The notes: a model not told the origin generated them from the sequence alone. A stretch of DNA of 64,000 bases from an uncultured Acidobacteriota bacterium (GCA_963770895.1 CAVYRF010000002.1:576001-640000); one strand, 5' to 3'; positions 49,036-60,502 are shown, numbered from the stretch's first letter. Numbers and translations are program-made.

Positions 49036-49472
49036 GCGACCTTGGCCAAGGTCCGGTCGCCCTGGACAGCTCCATCTTCATCTATTTCATCGAAGAGCAT
49101 CGGCGCTACCTGCCGGTCGTGAAGCCGGTCTTCTCCTCGGTCGCGGCACACGATGTCGCGGCAGTCACGTCGTCCATCACGCTCCTCGAAGTCCTCGTCC
49201 GTCCGCTGCGCGCAAACCAGCCCGCATTAGCTGCCGAGTACGAGCAGATCCTGACCCGCAGCTCCGGGATCACGCTTGTCGCTCTCGATCTACCACTTCT
49301 CCGCCTTGCGTCTCATCTCCGCGCAAACTGGGGATTGAAAACCCCCGACGCGCTGCAACTGGCCGCCGCCCTCCAATCGAGTTGCACCGTGTTCCTCACG
49401 AACGACGAACGAATTCCCCAACTGCCAGGCCTTCGCGTCCTGCAAGCACAGGACTACCTGGAGCCGGAGTAA
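49023..49472 (+). CDS. vapC: PIN-domain VapC toxin
   Basis: LDSSIFIY, T..E.L, LKTPDA.QLA.A, FLTND acidic tetrad. Confidence 0.88.
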   Translation: MGLLSDLGQGPVALDSSIFIYFIEEHRRYLPVVKPVFSSVAAHDVAAVTSSITLLEVLVRPLRANQPALAAEYEQILTRSSGITLVALDLPLLRLASHLRANWGLKTPDALQLAAALQSSCTVFLTNDERIPQLPGLRVLQAQDYLEPE

Positions 49473-49708
49473 GGTCCCTCGAGCGGCCTTCGCCGATCAC
49501 AAGACCCCCGACGTTGCTGAAGGCGGTTGGGAAGCGCTGCGTTCAGACGCGCAGCCATCGTGAGCCTCCCATCCTGTCACGCTGTCGGCAGACCCAGCCC
49601 ACCCCACTCCCGCGCACCCTAAAGAGATTCATCTACCTTATCCCACCTAATCCCTCCCCGCGAGCGCTATCCTCCAACTGGCGGCTCAATCCGCTGATCG
49701 CCTGATCC

Positions 49709-52147
49709 CTACTCCTGCCGCAGGGCGGTGAAGGGTTCCAGGTGGGCGGCGCGGTGGGCGGGGAGGTAGCAGGCCAGGAGGGCGACGGCGGCTAGCAGGG
49801 TGGCGACCAGGGCGAAGATGGCGGGGTCCAGGGGGCTGACCTGGTAAAGGATGGATTGCAGATAGCGGGTGACGGCGGCGGCGGCCAGGATGCCGGCGGC
49901 GATGCCTCCCAGGGCCAGGCGCAGGCCCTGGGCCAGGACCATGCGCAGGACCTGGGCGCGGTCGGCTCCCAGGGCCATGCGGATGCCGATTTCGCGCGGG
50001 CGGCGGCCGACAAAGTAGGACATGACGCCGAAGAGGCCGACGGCGGCCAGGACGGCGGCGAGCAGGCCCAAACCGCCCAGCAGCTGGGCGGCCATGCGTT
50101 CGACGAACAGCGAGCGGCCCAGGCGCTGGGCGCCGCTCATCACGCCGGTCGCGGCCAGACCGGGATCGAGGGCGACGCGTTCGCGCTCCACCGCCGGCAG
50201 CATGGCGAGCGGCTCGCCCACGGTGCGCACCACCAGCGTCATCTGCGAGCGGTAGTCCTGGAAGAAGGGCACGAAGAGCTCCGGATCGCCGGGGTCTTCG
50301 GCCAGCCGCCGGTACTTGTAGTCGCCCATCACGCCGACGACTTCGCGGTCGACGCCGCCCACCTTGCAGTGACGGCCGAGCGGCGACCCGCCGGACAGAA
50401 AGCGCTTGGCGAAGGCCTGGTTGACGATCAGGACGCCGGGGGCGCCTTCGCGGTCCCGCTCGCCGAACTCCCTGCCGGCGACCAGGGCGATGCCCATGGT
50501 GCGCAGGTACCCCGGCCCGACGGCGTCGGTTACGAAGGAGGTTTCGTCGGCGCTCCGCACCACGCGGCCGGGCACGTCCACCCGCTCCATGTTGCCGCCG
50601 CCGGAGGAGCCCAGCGGCGCGTAGTCGGTCAGGCTGACCGCCCGCACTCCCGGCAGCGCCGCCACCCGCGCCAGCAGCCGGCGGTCGAAGTCGCTGCCGC
50701 GCCGGCTGTCGTAGCCGCCCAGGAACAGGTCGTAGGAGGCGACCAGCAGGTGGTCGGGCGCAAAGCCCGGCCGCCGGTCGAGCGACCGCACCAGGCTCTT
50801 GCCGACCAGGCCGGCGGCGACCAGCGTCGCCAGCGACAGGCCGAGCTGGGCGATCACCAGACCGGTGCGCCAGGCGGCGTGCCGGCGCCCGCCGATCGCC
50901 GCGGCGCTGTCGTCGCGCAGGGCGCCGGCGGGCGACAGGCGCGCGCCGGTGAGCGCCGGCGCCAGACCGAAGATCAGCACGGTGGCGGCGGCCGTGGCGG
51001 CACACCACAGCAGGACCCGCGCGTCGAGCGTCAGGTTGAGGCCAAGCGGCACGTCCAGCGGCGGCAGCAGCGCCGGCAGGGCCTTGGCCCCCACCGCCGC
51101 CAGCGCGATCCCGGCGCCGCCGCCGAGCGCCGCCAGCAGCACGCTTTCGATCAGCAGCTGCCGCAGCAGGCGCCCACGTCCGGCGCCCACCGCCAGGCGG
51201 ATGTGGATCTCCCGCCGCCGCGCCAGGGCGCGCGCCAGCAGCAGGTTGGCGACGTTGAGGCAGGCGATGACCAGCACGATGGCGACGACCGCCATCAGCA
51301 CCTCGACCGCCGGCACCAGGCTGCTGGTCAGGCCGCGCTGCGATTGCGCCAGCGTGTAGGCGACCTCGTGCCAGCCGGCGCGGCTGGCCGGGCGCAGCGG
51401 CGCCAGCTGGCGCGCCAGCACGTCGAGCTCCGCCTGCGCCGCCGCCTGGGTGACGCCCGGCCGCAGCCGCGCGGTGATCTGCACCGGATAGGACCCGGCC
51501 GACACTTGGTCGCCGCCGGCCGCCAGCTGCGGCTGCTGGCCGACCGGCACCCAAAGGTCCTGGGCGATGCCGCCGTAGCTGCCCAGAAAGGCGGCCGGGG
51601 CGACGCCGATGACGACGTAGGCGTTGCGGTTGAGCGACACGCTGCGGCCGACGATCGCGGGATCGGCGCCGAAGCGCCGCCGCCACAGCGAGTTGGACAG
51701 CACCGCCACGGCATGGGCGCCGGCGCCCGCGGCTTCATCGGCGCGAAAACCGCGCCCCAGGGCGGGATGGACGCCCAGCACCGTGAAGTAGTCGGCGGTG
51801 ACCAGCCCGGCAAGGGCGATCTCCGGCCGGCCGCCGGCGGCCAGGTCCACCGGCGCCAGCTCGTAGGCGGTCATCCCCGCGAAGCCGCGCGCGTGCTCGC
51901 GGTAGAAGAGATAGTCGCGATAGGGCGTCGAATAGCCGCCGCTGTCGCCGCGCGAGTTGGAGAGGGTGACCAGGCGGGCGCCGTCCGCCACTCCGGGGAG
52001 CGGTTCGAGGAGCACCGATTTGAGCCAGGTGAAGACCGTCGTGTTGACCCCGACTCCCAGACCGAGGGCCAGCACCGCCGCGGCCGTGAAGGCCGGATTC
52101 TGGCGCAGCGACCGCACACCGTAGCGAACGTCCTGGATCCAGCTCAT
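49709..52147 (-). CDS. ADOP-family (duplicated MacB/FtsX-type orphan) ABC permease
   Basis: QDVRY..R.L...P.FT...L.LG.G.NT, IAC.NVANLLLAR, REIGIRMALGA, PA.RA; no adjacent ATPase. Confidence 0.9.
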   Translation of the reverse strand: MSWIQDVRYGVRSLRQNPAFTAAAVLALGLGVGVNTTVFTWLKSVLLEPLPGVADGARLVTLSNSRGDSGGYSTPYRDYLFYREHARGFAGMTAYELAPVDLAAGGRPEIALAGLVTADYFTVLGVHPALGRGFRADEAAGAGAHAVAVLSNSLWRRRFGADPAIVGRSVSLNRNAYVVIGVAPAAFLGSYGGIAQDLWVPVGQQPQLAAGGDQVSAGSYPVQITARLRPGVTQAAAQAELDVLARQLAPLRPASRAGWHEVAYTLAQSQRGLTSSLVPAVEVLMAVVAIVLVIACLNVANLLLARALARRREIHIRLAVGAGRGRLLRQLLIESVLLAALGGGAGIALAAVGAKALPALLPPLDVPLGLNLTLDARVLLWCAATAAATVLIFGLAPALTGARLSPAGALRDDSAAAIGGRRHAAWRTGLVIAQLGLSLATLVAAGLVGKSLVRSLDRRPGFAPDHLLVASYDLFLGGYDSRRGSDFDRRLLARVAALPGVRAVSLTDYAPLGSSGGGNMERVDVPGRVVRSADETSFVTDAVGPGYLRTMGIALVAGREFGERDREGAPGVLIVNQAFAKRFLSGGSPLGRHCKVGGVDREVVGVMGDYKYRRLAEDPGDPELFVPFFQDYRSQMTLVVRTVGEPLAMLPAVERERVALDPGLAATGVMSGAQRLGRSLFVERMAAQLLGGLGLLAAVLAAVGLFGVMSYFVGRRPREIGIRMALGADRAQVLRMVLAQGLRLALGGIAAGILAAAAVTRYLQSILYQVSPLDPAIFALVATLLAAVALLACYLPAHRAAHLEPFTALRQE

Positions 52148-52298
52148 GAGCGGCTCCCGCGCACGGCGCCAGCGCTCCTGCCCGGCGCGGGAGGGCGGCC
52201 GGCCGCGGCTTCCGTGCAACCTGTAGAGCCTTACGGCAACGGGCCGGTGTTTGTTACGCGGGGCGCCGCCGCCGGCGCGCTGGTACGGCGCGCCGGCG

Positions 52299-52514
52299 TC
52301 AGCGCTCGATCTCGTGGTTGGCGTTGAGCATCTCTTCGGGCTCGCGGGCGATCAGCACGGTGGCGCCGATCGGAAAGAGCGTGCGGTGGGCGCGCTCGCC
52401 GAAGATGCAGTTGATCTCGTAGTAGCCGTCCGAGCTCACCTGGATGAGCGTGCCCTTGCCGCCCTTGACGCCCAGGATCTCGTTGTGGATCAGCACTTCG
52501 GCCGGTAGCTCCAT
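52299..52514 (-). CDS. small hypothetical protein (71 aa, beta-rich)
   Basis: Protein-like composition with GC3 bias; GAGGGA RBS; downstream of the sigma54 regulator. Confidence 0.65.
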   Translation of the reverse strand: MELPAEVLIHNEILGVKGGKGTLIQVSSDGYYEINCIFGERAHRTLFPIGATVLIAREPEEMLNANHEIER

Positions 52515-52540
52515 GCCTGTCCCTCGCCGTCTCGTCGTCG

Positions 52541-53944
<1,404 letters not shown>

Positions 53945-53982
53945 TTTGGCACATTGGCGGCAAGTCTCGATAGGATGGGGGC

Positions 53983-56235
53983 GTGCAGCCCACCGCGGAA
54001 GCCGCCGACCCGGCGGCGGAGCTCGAAGGCACCCTGGAACGGGTGGTCTTCGCCAACGAAGAAAACGCCTTCAGCGTCGTGCGCCTGGCGGTCGCCGGCG
54101 CCCGCGAACCGGTCACCGCGGTCGGCAACCTGCTGGGCGTGCAACCTGGCGAGAGCCTGCGGCTCACCGGCAGCTGGATCGTGGACCCCCGCCACGGACG
54201 CCAGTTCCGGGTCGCTTCGTATACGACGGTGATGCCGGCGACCGTCGCGGGGATCGAGCGCTACCTGGGCTCGGGCCTGATCCACGGCATCGGCAAGGTG
54301 ATGGCGGCGCGGCTGGTCGCCGCCTTCGGCGCCGAAACGCTGGAGGTCATCGAAAAGAAGCCGCATCGCCTGCAGGAGGTCGGCGGGATCGGCCGCAAGC
54401 GCAGCGCCGACATCCTGCGCGCCTGGCACGAGCAGCGCGACATCAAGGAGGTGATGATCTTCCTCCAGTCGCACGGCATCTCGACCAGCTACGCGATCAA
54501 GATCTACAAGAGCTACGGCAGCCTGGCCGGCGCCTGGGTGCGGGACAACCCCTACCGGCTGGCGGTCGACATCCACGGCATCGGCTTCGCCACCGCCGAC
54601 CGCATCGCCGCCTCGCTGGGCATCTCGCGCCAGGCGCCGCAGCGGCTGGAGGCCGGCGCGCTGCACGTCCTGGGCGAGGCCGCCAGCCGCGGCCACCTGT
54701 TCCTGCCGCGGGCGCGCCTGATCGAAGAGGCGGACCGCCTGCTCGGCGACGTCGGCGCCCAGGCGGTGGGCATCGCCGTCGCGGCGCTCGCCGAGGCGGG
54801 CACGGCGGTGATCGACGAGGGGGGCGGCGACGCTGCCGATGCCGCCCATCCCGCCGATCCCGCGGTCTACCTGCGGCCGCTGCACACCGCCGAAACCGGC
54901 GTCGCCGGGCGCGTCCGGGCGCTCTTGGCGCAGCCGCCGCTGCCGTTCGAAATCGACCTGGGGCGCGCCCTGGAATGGTTCGAACGCGGCGAGCGCCTGA
55001 GCCTGGCGCCGCAGCAGCGGGCGGCGATCCGCGCCGGGCTGACCGCCAAGGTGCTGGTGATCACCGGCGGGCCGGGCACCGGCAAGACGACGCTGGTGCG
55101 GGGGCTGGTCAAGATCCTGCTGCGCAAGGGGCAGCGCGTGCTGCTCGCGGCGCCCACCGGCAGGGCGGCCAAACGCCTGTCGGAGGCGACCGGCGCCGAG
55201 GCCAGCACCGTCCACCGGCTGCTCGAGCTCAACCCGCGCACCCACGGCTTCGACCGCAACCAGGACCGGCCGCTGGCCTGCGACCTGCTGATCGTCGACG
55301 AGGCGTCGATGCTCGACACGGTGCTGGCCCACCACCTGCTGCGGGCGGTGCCGGACGGCGGGCGGCTGGTCCTGGTGGGCGACGTCGACCAGCTGCCGTC
55401 CGTCGGCCCCGGCCAGGTGCTGGCGGACCTGATCGCCTCGGCGGCGGTCGAGGTGGTGCGCCTGACCGCCATCTTCCGCCAGGCCGAGCGCAGCCTGATC
55501 GTGGTCAACGCCCACCGCGTGCAGCGCGGCGAAATGCCGGTGCTCGAATCGCTCGACAAGGACGGCGACTTTTTCTTTGTCGAGCGCCGCGACCCCGAGG
55601 AGGCGCTGCGCGTCGTCACCCAGCTGGTGGCGCGGCGCATTCCGGCGCGCTTCGGCCTGGATCCGATCGAGCAGATCCAGGTGCTGACGCCGATGAAGCG
55701 CGGCCAGCTGGGCTCCGCCAACCTCAATACCGTCCTGCGCGAAGCGCTCAACCCCCACGGCCAAAGCTTGACCCGCGGCAGCCACAGCCTGCGGATCGGC
55801 GACAAGGTGATGCAGGTCCGCAACAACTACGACCTGGAGGTGTGGAACGGCGACATCGGCAGGGTCACCGCGATCGACCAGGACGAGCAGCAGCTGGTCG
55901 TCACCTTCGACGGCCGCGAAGTCCTGTACGAGGCGGCGGCGCTCGACGAGCTGGCCCTGGCATACGCCTGCTCCATCCACAAGGCGCAGGGCAGCGAATA
56001 CCCTTGCGTCGTCATCCCGCTGCACACCCAGCACTACGTCATGCTGCAGCGCAACCTGCTGTACACCGGCATCACCCGCGCCAAGCGCCTGGCGGTGCTG
56101 GTCGGGGAGACCAAGGCGCTGGCGGCGGCGGTGGGCACCCACCGCCTCAGCCAGCGCTTCAGCCGGCTGGCCGACCGCCTGCGCGGCGCCGGCGGGGGCG
56201 GCGCTGGCAGGAGCGGCGGCGGCGACCCGGATTGA
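53983..56235 (+). CDS. recD2: ATP-dependent RecD2-like DNA helicase
   Basis: YLGSG.I.GIG HhH region, TGGPGTGKTT, DEASM, GD.DQL, HKAQGSE, LYT.ITRA. Confidence 0.92.
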   Translation: MQPTAEAADPAAELEGTLERVVFANEENAFSVVRLAVAGAREPVTAVGNLLGVQPGESLRLTGSWIVDPRHGRQFRVASYTTVMPATVAGIERYLGSGLIHGIGKVMAARLVAAFGAETLEVIEKKPHRLQEVGGIGRKRSADILRAWHEQRDIKEVMIFLQSHGISTSYAIKIYKSYGSLAGAWVRDNPYRLAVDIHGIGFATADRIAASLGISRQAPQRLEAGALHVLGEAASRGHLFLPRARLIEEADRLLGDVGAQAVGIAVAALAEAGTAVIDEGGGDAADAAHPADPAVYLRPLHTAETGVAGRVRALLAQPPLPFEIDLGRALEWFERGERLSLAPQQRAAIRAGLTAKVLVITGGPGTGKTTLVRGLVKILLRKGQRVLLAAPTGRAAKRLSEATGAEASTVHRLLELNPRTHGFDRNQDRPLACDLLIVDEASMLDTVLAHHLLRAVPDGGRLVLVGDVDQLPSVGPGQVLADLIASAAVEVVRLTAIFRQAERSLIVVNAHRVQRGEMPVLESLDKDGDFFFVERRDPEEALRVVTQLVARRIPARFGLDPIEQIQVLTPMKRGQLGSANLNTVLREALNPHGQSLTRGSHSLRIGDKVMQVRNNYDLEVWNGDIGRVTAIDQDEQQLVVTFDGREVLYEAAALDELALAYACSIHKAQGSEYPCVVIPLHTQHYVMLQRNLLYTGITRAKRLAVLVGETKALAAAVGTHRLSQRFSRLADRLRGAGGGGAGRSGGGDPD

Positions 56236-56275
56236 TCGGGCCGCCGCGGCGCGCGCGGGCCTGGCGGGGTGCTGA

Positions 56276-58081
56276 TTACGGCAGGCCGCCGCTCGATCCG
56301 GTCGGCGGGGCGGGCGGGGGGGGCGGCGGGAAGTCGCGGACTCCGGTGGTCGCGGCGGGCGGCGGCGGCACCACCACCGGCACCGCCGGCGCAGCGTACG
56401 GCATCGGAGCGACGGGCGCGGGCACGAAGGCGGGCGCGCGCCGCAGCCGCTGCGGCCGATTGGCGAAGGCGGTCAGGATCGCCGCGCCGAAGCCCATGGT
56501 CCAGGCGACGTAGCGCACCACCAGGCCGCACACCAGGAACATCGCCGACACCAGGTGCAGCACGCTGCCGCCGATGGCCAGGATATGGCCGATGACCGAC
56601 AGCGCCTCGATCGCCAGGACGCCGACGATGGTGGTCAGGTAGGGACCGCCGACGCGGCTGTCGAAGCGCTGCTCCAGCAGGCGCCCCACCTGGTAGGCGA
56701 CGCCGGCAAAGCCGACCACCGCGGCGATCGCCAGCGCCAGCAGGACGAAGGGGATCAGCAGCAGCAGCACGCAGCCGACCACCGTGATGATGAGCACCAC
56801 CACCACCGCGCCCAGCGTCGGTCCGGCCAGGACCTGGCCCGCCAGACCCGCCACCGCGACGGTGCCGGGCTCGCTCGCGACGCGCGCCCGCACCTGCTCC
56901 AGGGCGCCGCCGCCCAGCAGCACCACCAGCGATACCGCCAGCAGCAGCAGCAGCAGCGAGGCCATGACCCAGAACATGTGCAGCGAGTGACCGAGCGGCG
57001 CCAACACCAGCGAGCCGGCGTCCAGATCGTCGTCGTGGTCGCGGCTGCTGAACAGCGTCGGCAGGATCGATCCCACGTCGGAAAGGCTGCCGTGCACCAC
57101 CGCTCCGGGCTCGCGGATGACGGTGCCGCCGATCGAAGCGACGTCGCCCATCACTTCGGCGTGCGAACCCAGGTGGACGCTGCCGCCGACCGCCAGCACC
57201 TGTCCGCCGACGCGGCCGTTGACGCGCACCGACCCCCCCACCGCCTGCACGTCGCGGATCACCTCGCCGTCGATGTGCACCGAGCCGCCGACCGCCACCA
57301 CGCCCTCCGCCACCTCGTTGCGCTCGACCGTGATCGGGCCGCCGAAGCGCACGCGGCTGCCGGTGTTGACCGGCATGGTCGTCGGCATCGGCGGCGGCGA
57401 CGGCGGCGCCGTCTGCGGCAGCGGCGTCATCGGGGGCAGCGGCGGCACGGCCGGCGCCTGCGGCACCCTTGACGGCTCGTCCTGGTCGTCGGAGGCGGCC
57501 GGCGGCGCCGGCGCAACGCCCTCGGCGGGGGGCGCGGCGGGAGGACTGGGAGGCGAAACCTGGCCGGCGCCGGATGCGACGGTATCCGCCACGTCGCGGT
57601 GGAGGTCGAACAGCGCCTGGCGGTCCGCCGGCGGCACTGCCAGCAGCGCCAGCAGCGGCGTCGCGTCGGCGTCGCCAAGCCAGGAGCGGAGCACCTCGGG
57701 GCTGACCCGCGCACCGTTGACCGACACCCCGTCGCCGCTCACCTCGACTTCGTGCACGCCCATCTTGGCGGCGCGGGGGCGCAGCAGGACGCCGTTGTGC
57801 ACGCCGGATACCTGGTACTGGCGCTCGATGTCCTGGCGCAGGTCGCGCCGGGCAGTGGCGGAGAGGGCTGGCGGAGACGCCGGCGGCGCCGCCGCCGGCG
57901 CATACGATGCCGCGGCGGCGGCGCTGCGGGCCGCCGGCGCCAGCAACGCCGCCGCCACCGCCAGCGCCAGGGTGAGGGACCGGATACCGGCGGACCCGGC
58001 GGCGCTGCCGCCGCGCCGCCAAGCAGGTCCAGCGGGTGCGACGGGTGCGGCGTCGGCAATAAGATCAGATGGGGTCTGCAT
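56276..58081 (-). CDS. exported/membrane protein with bactofilin-like (polymer-forming) beta-helix repeats and C-terminal TM bundle
   Basis: Signal peptide; V.A.GG.V.I.G.V repeats; about 5 TM helices; Pro-rich tail. Confidence 0.72.
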   Translation of the reverse strand: MQTPSDLIADAAPVAPAGPAWRRGGSAAGSAGIRSLTLALAVAAALLAPAARSAAAAASYAPAAAPPASPPALSATARRDLRQDIERQYQVSGVHNGVLLRPRAAKMGVHEVEVSGDGVSVNGARVSPEVLRSWLGDADATPLLALLAVPPADRQALFDLHRDVADTVASGAGQVSPPSPPAAPPAEGVAPAPPAASDDQDEPSRVPQAPAVPPLPPMTPLPQTAPPSPPPMPTTMPVNTGSRVRFGGPITVERNEVAEGVVAVGGSVHIDGEVIRDVQAVGGSVRVNGRVGGQVLAVGGSVHLGSHAEVMGDVASIGGTVIREPGAVVHGSLSDVGSILPTLFSSRDHDDDLDAGSLVLAPLGHSLHMFWVMASLLLLLLAVSLVVLLGGGALEQVRARVASEPGTVAVAGLAGQVLAGPTLGAVVVVLIITVVGCVLLLLIPFVLLALAIAAVVGFAGVAYQVGRLLEQRFDSRVGGPYLTTIVGVLAIEALSVIGHILAIGGSVLHLVSAMFLVCGLVVRYVAWTMGFGAAILTAFANRPQRLRRAPAFVPAPVAPMPYAAPAVPVVVPPPPAATTGVRDFPPPPPPAPPTGSSGGLP

Positions 58082-58829
58082 AGACCCACCTCCTGTCGCG
58101 TTGAATGGCATCGTGCAGGTAGCGTACTGCAAGGGCCGCCAGCAGCAGGCAGGCCAGGACGACCGCCGCCGTCAGCGGCGTCGCCAGCGGCTCGATCACG
58201 GCGCGGACCACCATCGCCAGGGTGCTGGCCACGGAGGCCAGCCCGGCAATCCATTGGGCGAGGCTGCCGGCGGCGCCGATCATCGCCTGCAACACGGCGG
58301 CGACGCTGTCGGCGCCGGCGACGTGGCGGAGCACCGATGGCAGCCACTGCGGCGCGGTGCGCGCCGCGGCAAGCGCGGCGACGACGATCATCGCGGCCGC
58401 CGGCACCGCCACCGCCATGCCCAGACGGGCGAGCGACCGCCGCCGCCGGGCCACCGCCGGCGACGGCGCCACCGCCGCCCTCACCTGCAATGGCGGGGGG
58501 GCCAGGGCGGCGGCAGGGGCGGTGGCGATGGCTGCCATCACCCGATCGGCGAAGCCGCTGGCCGGCGCCGGCCGGTCGAGCGCCGCGAGCAGCTGCACCA
58601 GCGCCGCCTCGGCGTCGGCATCGGCGGCGTCGGCAGCACCGGCGGCGGCGTCAGAGCCGCTGGCGCCGACGCGCTCGGCGGCAAGCCACCGCGCCAGCGC
58701 CGCCGCCGACAGCTCGGGCACCGGCGCCGGCGCCGCCGCTCGCGGCGAAACCGCCGGTTGCGGGGCTGCCTGCGGCAGCGGGGTGGCGTCGGGTGGCGGC
58801 TGCGGGGTCATCGGTTCGCTCTCCTGCAC
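58065..58829 (-). CDS. putative membrane anti-sigma factor
   Basis: P...FADRVMA motif typical of anti-sigma N-terminal regions, followed by TM helices; directly downstream of the ECF sigma. Confidence 0.6.
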   Translation of the reverse strand: MQESEPMTPQPPPDATPLPQAAPQPAVSPRAAAPAPVPELSAAALARWLAAERVGASGSDAAAGAADAADADAEAALVQLLAALDRPAPASGFADRVMAAIATAPAAALAPPPLQVRAAVAPSPAVARRRRSLARLGMAVAVPAAAMIVVAALAAARTAPQWLPSVLRHVAGADSVAAVLQAMIGAAGSLAQWIAGLASVASTLAMVVRAVIEPLATPLTAAVVLACLLLAALAVRYLHDAIQRDRRWVYADPI

Positions 58830-58837
58830 AGCCCACC

Positions 58838-59479
58838 CTACGGCTCGGCGGCCTCCCCGGTTTCGGCCGCCGCCCCCGGCCCCCAGCCCGCCGCGCTCAT
58901 CGCCGCCGCCAGGAGCTTGCGCGCGCGGTGCAGATTGGTTTTGAGCGTGCCCATGGGCACCTCCAGCGCCTCGCAGGTCTCCTGGTACGACAGCCCCTCG
59001 ACATAGCGCAGCATCACCGCCTCGCGGTACTCCGGCCGCAGCGTGGCGATCGCCCGTTCCAGCGCCCGCGCCATGGCGTGGCGCTCGACCGCCGCCCCCG
59101 GACTTTCGGTGGCGGTGTCGGCGAGCACCGCCAGCAGGCCGCCGCCGCCGTCCTCCCCCGCCGCCTCGCCGGCCATGGGCGCCAGCGGCACGGTATCGAG
59201 ATCGGCGCGGCGCAGGTGGTCGATCGTGGTGTTGTGGGCGATCTTGAACAGCCAGCTGGCGAACTTGCGCTGTGGGTCATAGGTTGCCAGGTGCCGGTAC
59301 GCCTTGAGGAACACCTCCTGCGCCAGGTCTTCCGCCGTCGCCGCGTCGTGGACCATGCGCAGGACCAGGGTATACACCGGGCGCTCGAAGCGCACCACCA
59401 GGTCCCGGAACGCCTCCTGCGATCCGGTGAGGGCGCTTGCCACCAGCTCGGCGTCGCTCGGCATCATTTCAGATTTCAC
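58838..59479 (-). CDS. ECF sigma factor (SigW/RpoE-like)
   Basis: AEDLAQEVFLKAY, FASWLFKIA.N...D.LR, LSY.E....L....GT.K..LHRAR. Confidence 0.92.
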   Translation of the reverse strand: MKSEMMPSDAELVASALTGSQEAFRDLVVRFERPVYTLVLRMVHDAATAEDLAQEVFLKAYRHLATYDPQRKFASWLFKIAHNTTIDHLRRADLDTVPLAPMAGEAAGEDGGGGLLAVLADTATESPGAAVERHAMARALERAIATLRPEYREAVMLRYVEGLSYQETCEALEVPMGTLKTNLHRARKLLAAAMSAAGWGPGAAAETGEAAEP

Positions 59480-59629
59480 GTCCGCGCCTCGCGCCCCCCA
59501 GACCGTACCCGGAACCTTGAGTAGGAAGATACGCGCGGCCGGGGCCGGGGTTTGGCTGCCGGCCCGCGGCGGTTTCCGCTACACTGCGGCACGGCCTGAA
59601 ACCAGACCACCCTACCCACGGGAGGACTT

Positions 59630-60205
59630 GTGATGCGAAAGCTGCTGCTGCCCGGCGCTCTGTGGCTCTGCTGCGCGCTTGCCCCGGCGATGCCCGCCGG
59701 CGCCGCGACGCTCGCCGACGTCTCGCTGCCCGACAGGATCGAGGCCGCGGGCCAGCCCCTGGTGCTCAACGGCCTTGGGTTGCGCAAGAAGCTCTTCATC
59801 AAAGTATACGTCGGCGCGCTCTATCTGCCGGCGCCGCAGAAGTCCGCCGCCGCCGTGCTGGCCGGCGACACCGTCCGCCGCATGGTGCTGCATTTCCTCT
59901 ACAGCGTCAGCCCGGCGCAGATGTGCGACGCCTGGAACGAGGGACTGGCGGACAACACCCCCAACGCCTCGGCCGAGGTCAAGGCCGGCTTCAGCGCCCT
60001 CTGCGCCGCCATGGAGAAGATCCCGAGCGGCACCGAGCTGGTGCTGACCTACACGCCGGGCAAGGGGACGCTGGTCGAGATCGCCAGCAAGATGAAGGGC
60101 ACCATCCCGGGCAAGGCGACGTCGGACGCCATCCTCAACACCTGGATCGGCCCCCATCCGGCACCCGGCGACGACTTCAAGAAAGCCGTCCTGGGCGGCC
60201 ACTGA
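59630..60205 (+). CDS. chalcone-isomerase-like secreted protein
   Basis: Signal peptide; LVLNG.GLR.K....VYV..LY; W.G..P....K..LG. Confidence 0.82.
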   Translation: MMRKLLLPGALWLCCALAPAMPAGAATLADVSLPDRIEAAGQPLVLNGLGLRKKLFIKVYVGALYLPAPQKSAAAVLAGDTVRRMVLHFLYSVSPAQMCDAWNEGLADNTPNASAEVKAGFSALCAAMEKIPSGTELVLTYTPGKGTLVEIASKMKGTIPGKATSDAILNTWIGPHPAPGDDFKKAVLGGH

Positions 60206-60284
60206 TCCGCGGCAGGCCGGCCGGTGCGGAGAGCGGCCGGCCGGCGCGCGGCAACCGGCCGCCGCCAGCCGGCACATGCGGCAC

Positions 60285-60354
60285 AAAAAAAGAGGAGCGC
60301 TTGGCAGCGCTCCTGTTTGGGAGGGATGAGAGGAGGAGCGTTGCCTCCCCGCGA
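60285..60354 (-). ncRNA. candidate ~70-nt sRNA with CU-rich anti-SD motifs
   Basis: Minus strand reads GGGGAGGCAACGCTCCTCCTCTCATCCCTCCC, then terminator AGGAGCGC-TGCCAA-GCGCTCCT-CTTTTTTT; promoter upstream. Confidence 0.6.
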
Positions 60355-60359
60355 CTATT

Positions 60360-60389
60360 AAGTTAGCTCAAGATATTGATGCTTGTCAA
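60360..60389 (-). promoter_or_regulatory. sigma70 promoter for the candidate sRNA
   Basis: TTGACA (60389-60384), 18-bp spacer, TAACTT (60365-60360), in an AT-rich patch. Confidence 0.6.
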
Positions 60390-60502
60390 TATGGAAAAGC
60401 GCATCCGCCAGCAAGGCCCAAACGCCCCCCACGACGCCCCCCGCAAGGCCCGCGCCGCCCACGCCGCTCGATGGCGGCCCTCCTCCCACCGCTCGTCCGG
60501 CC

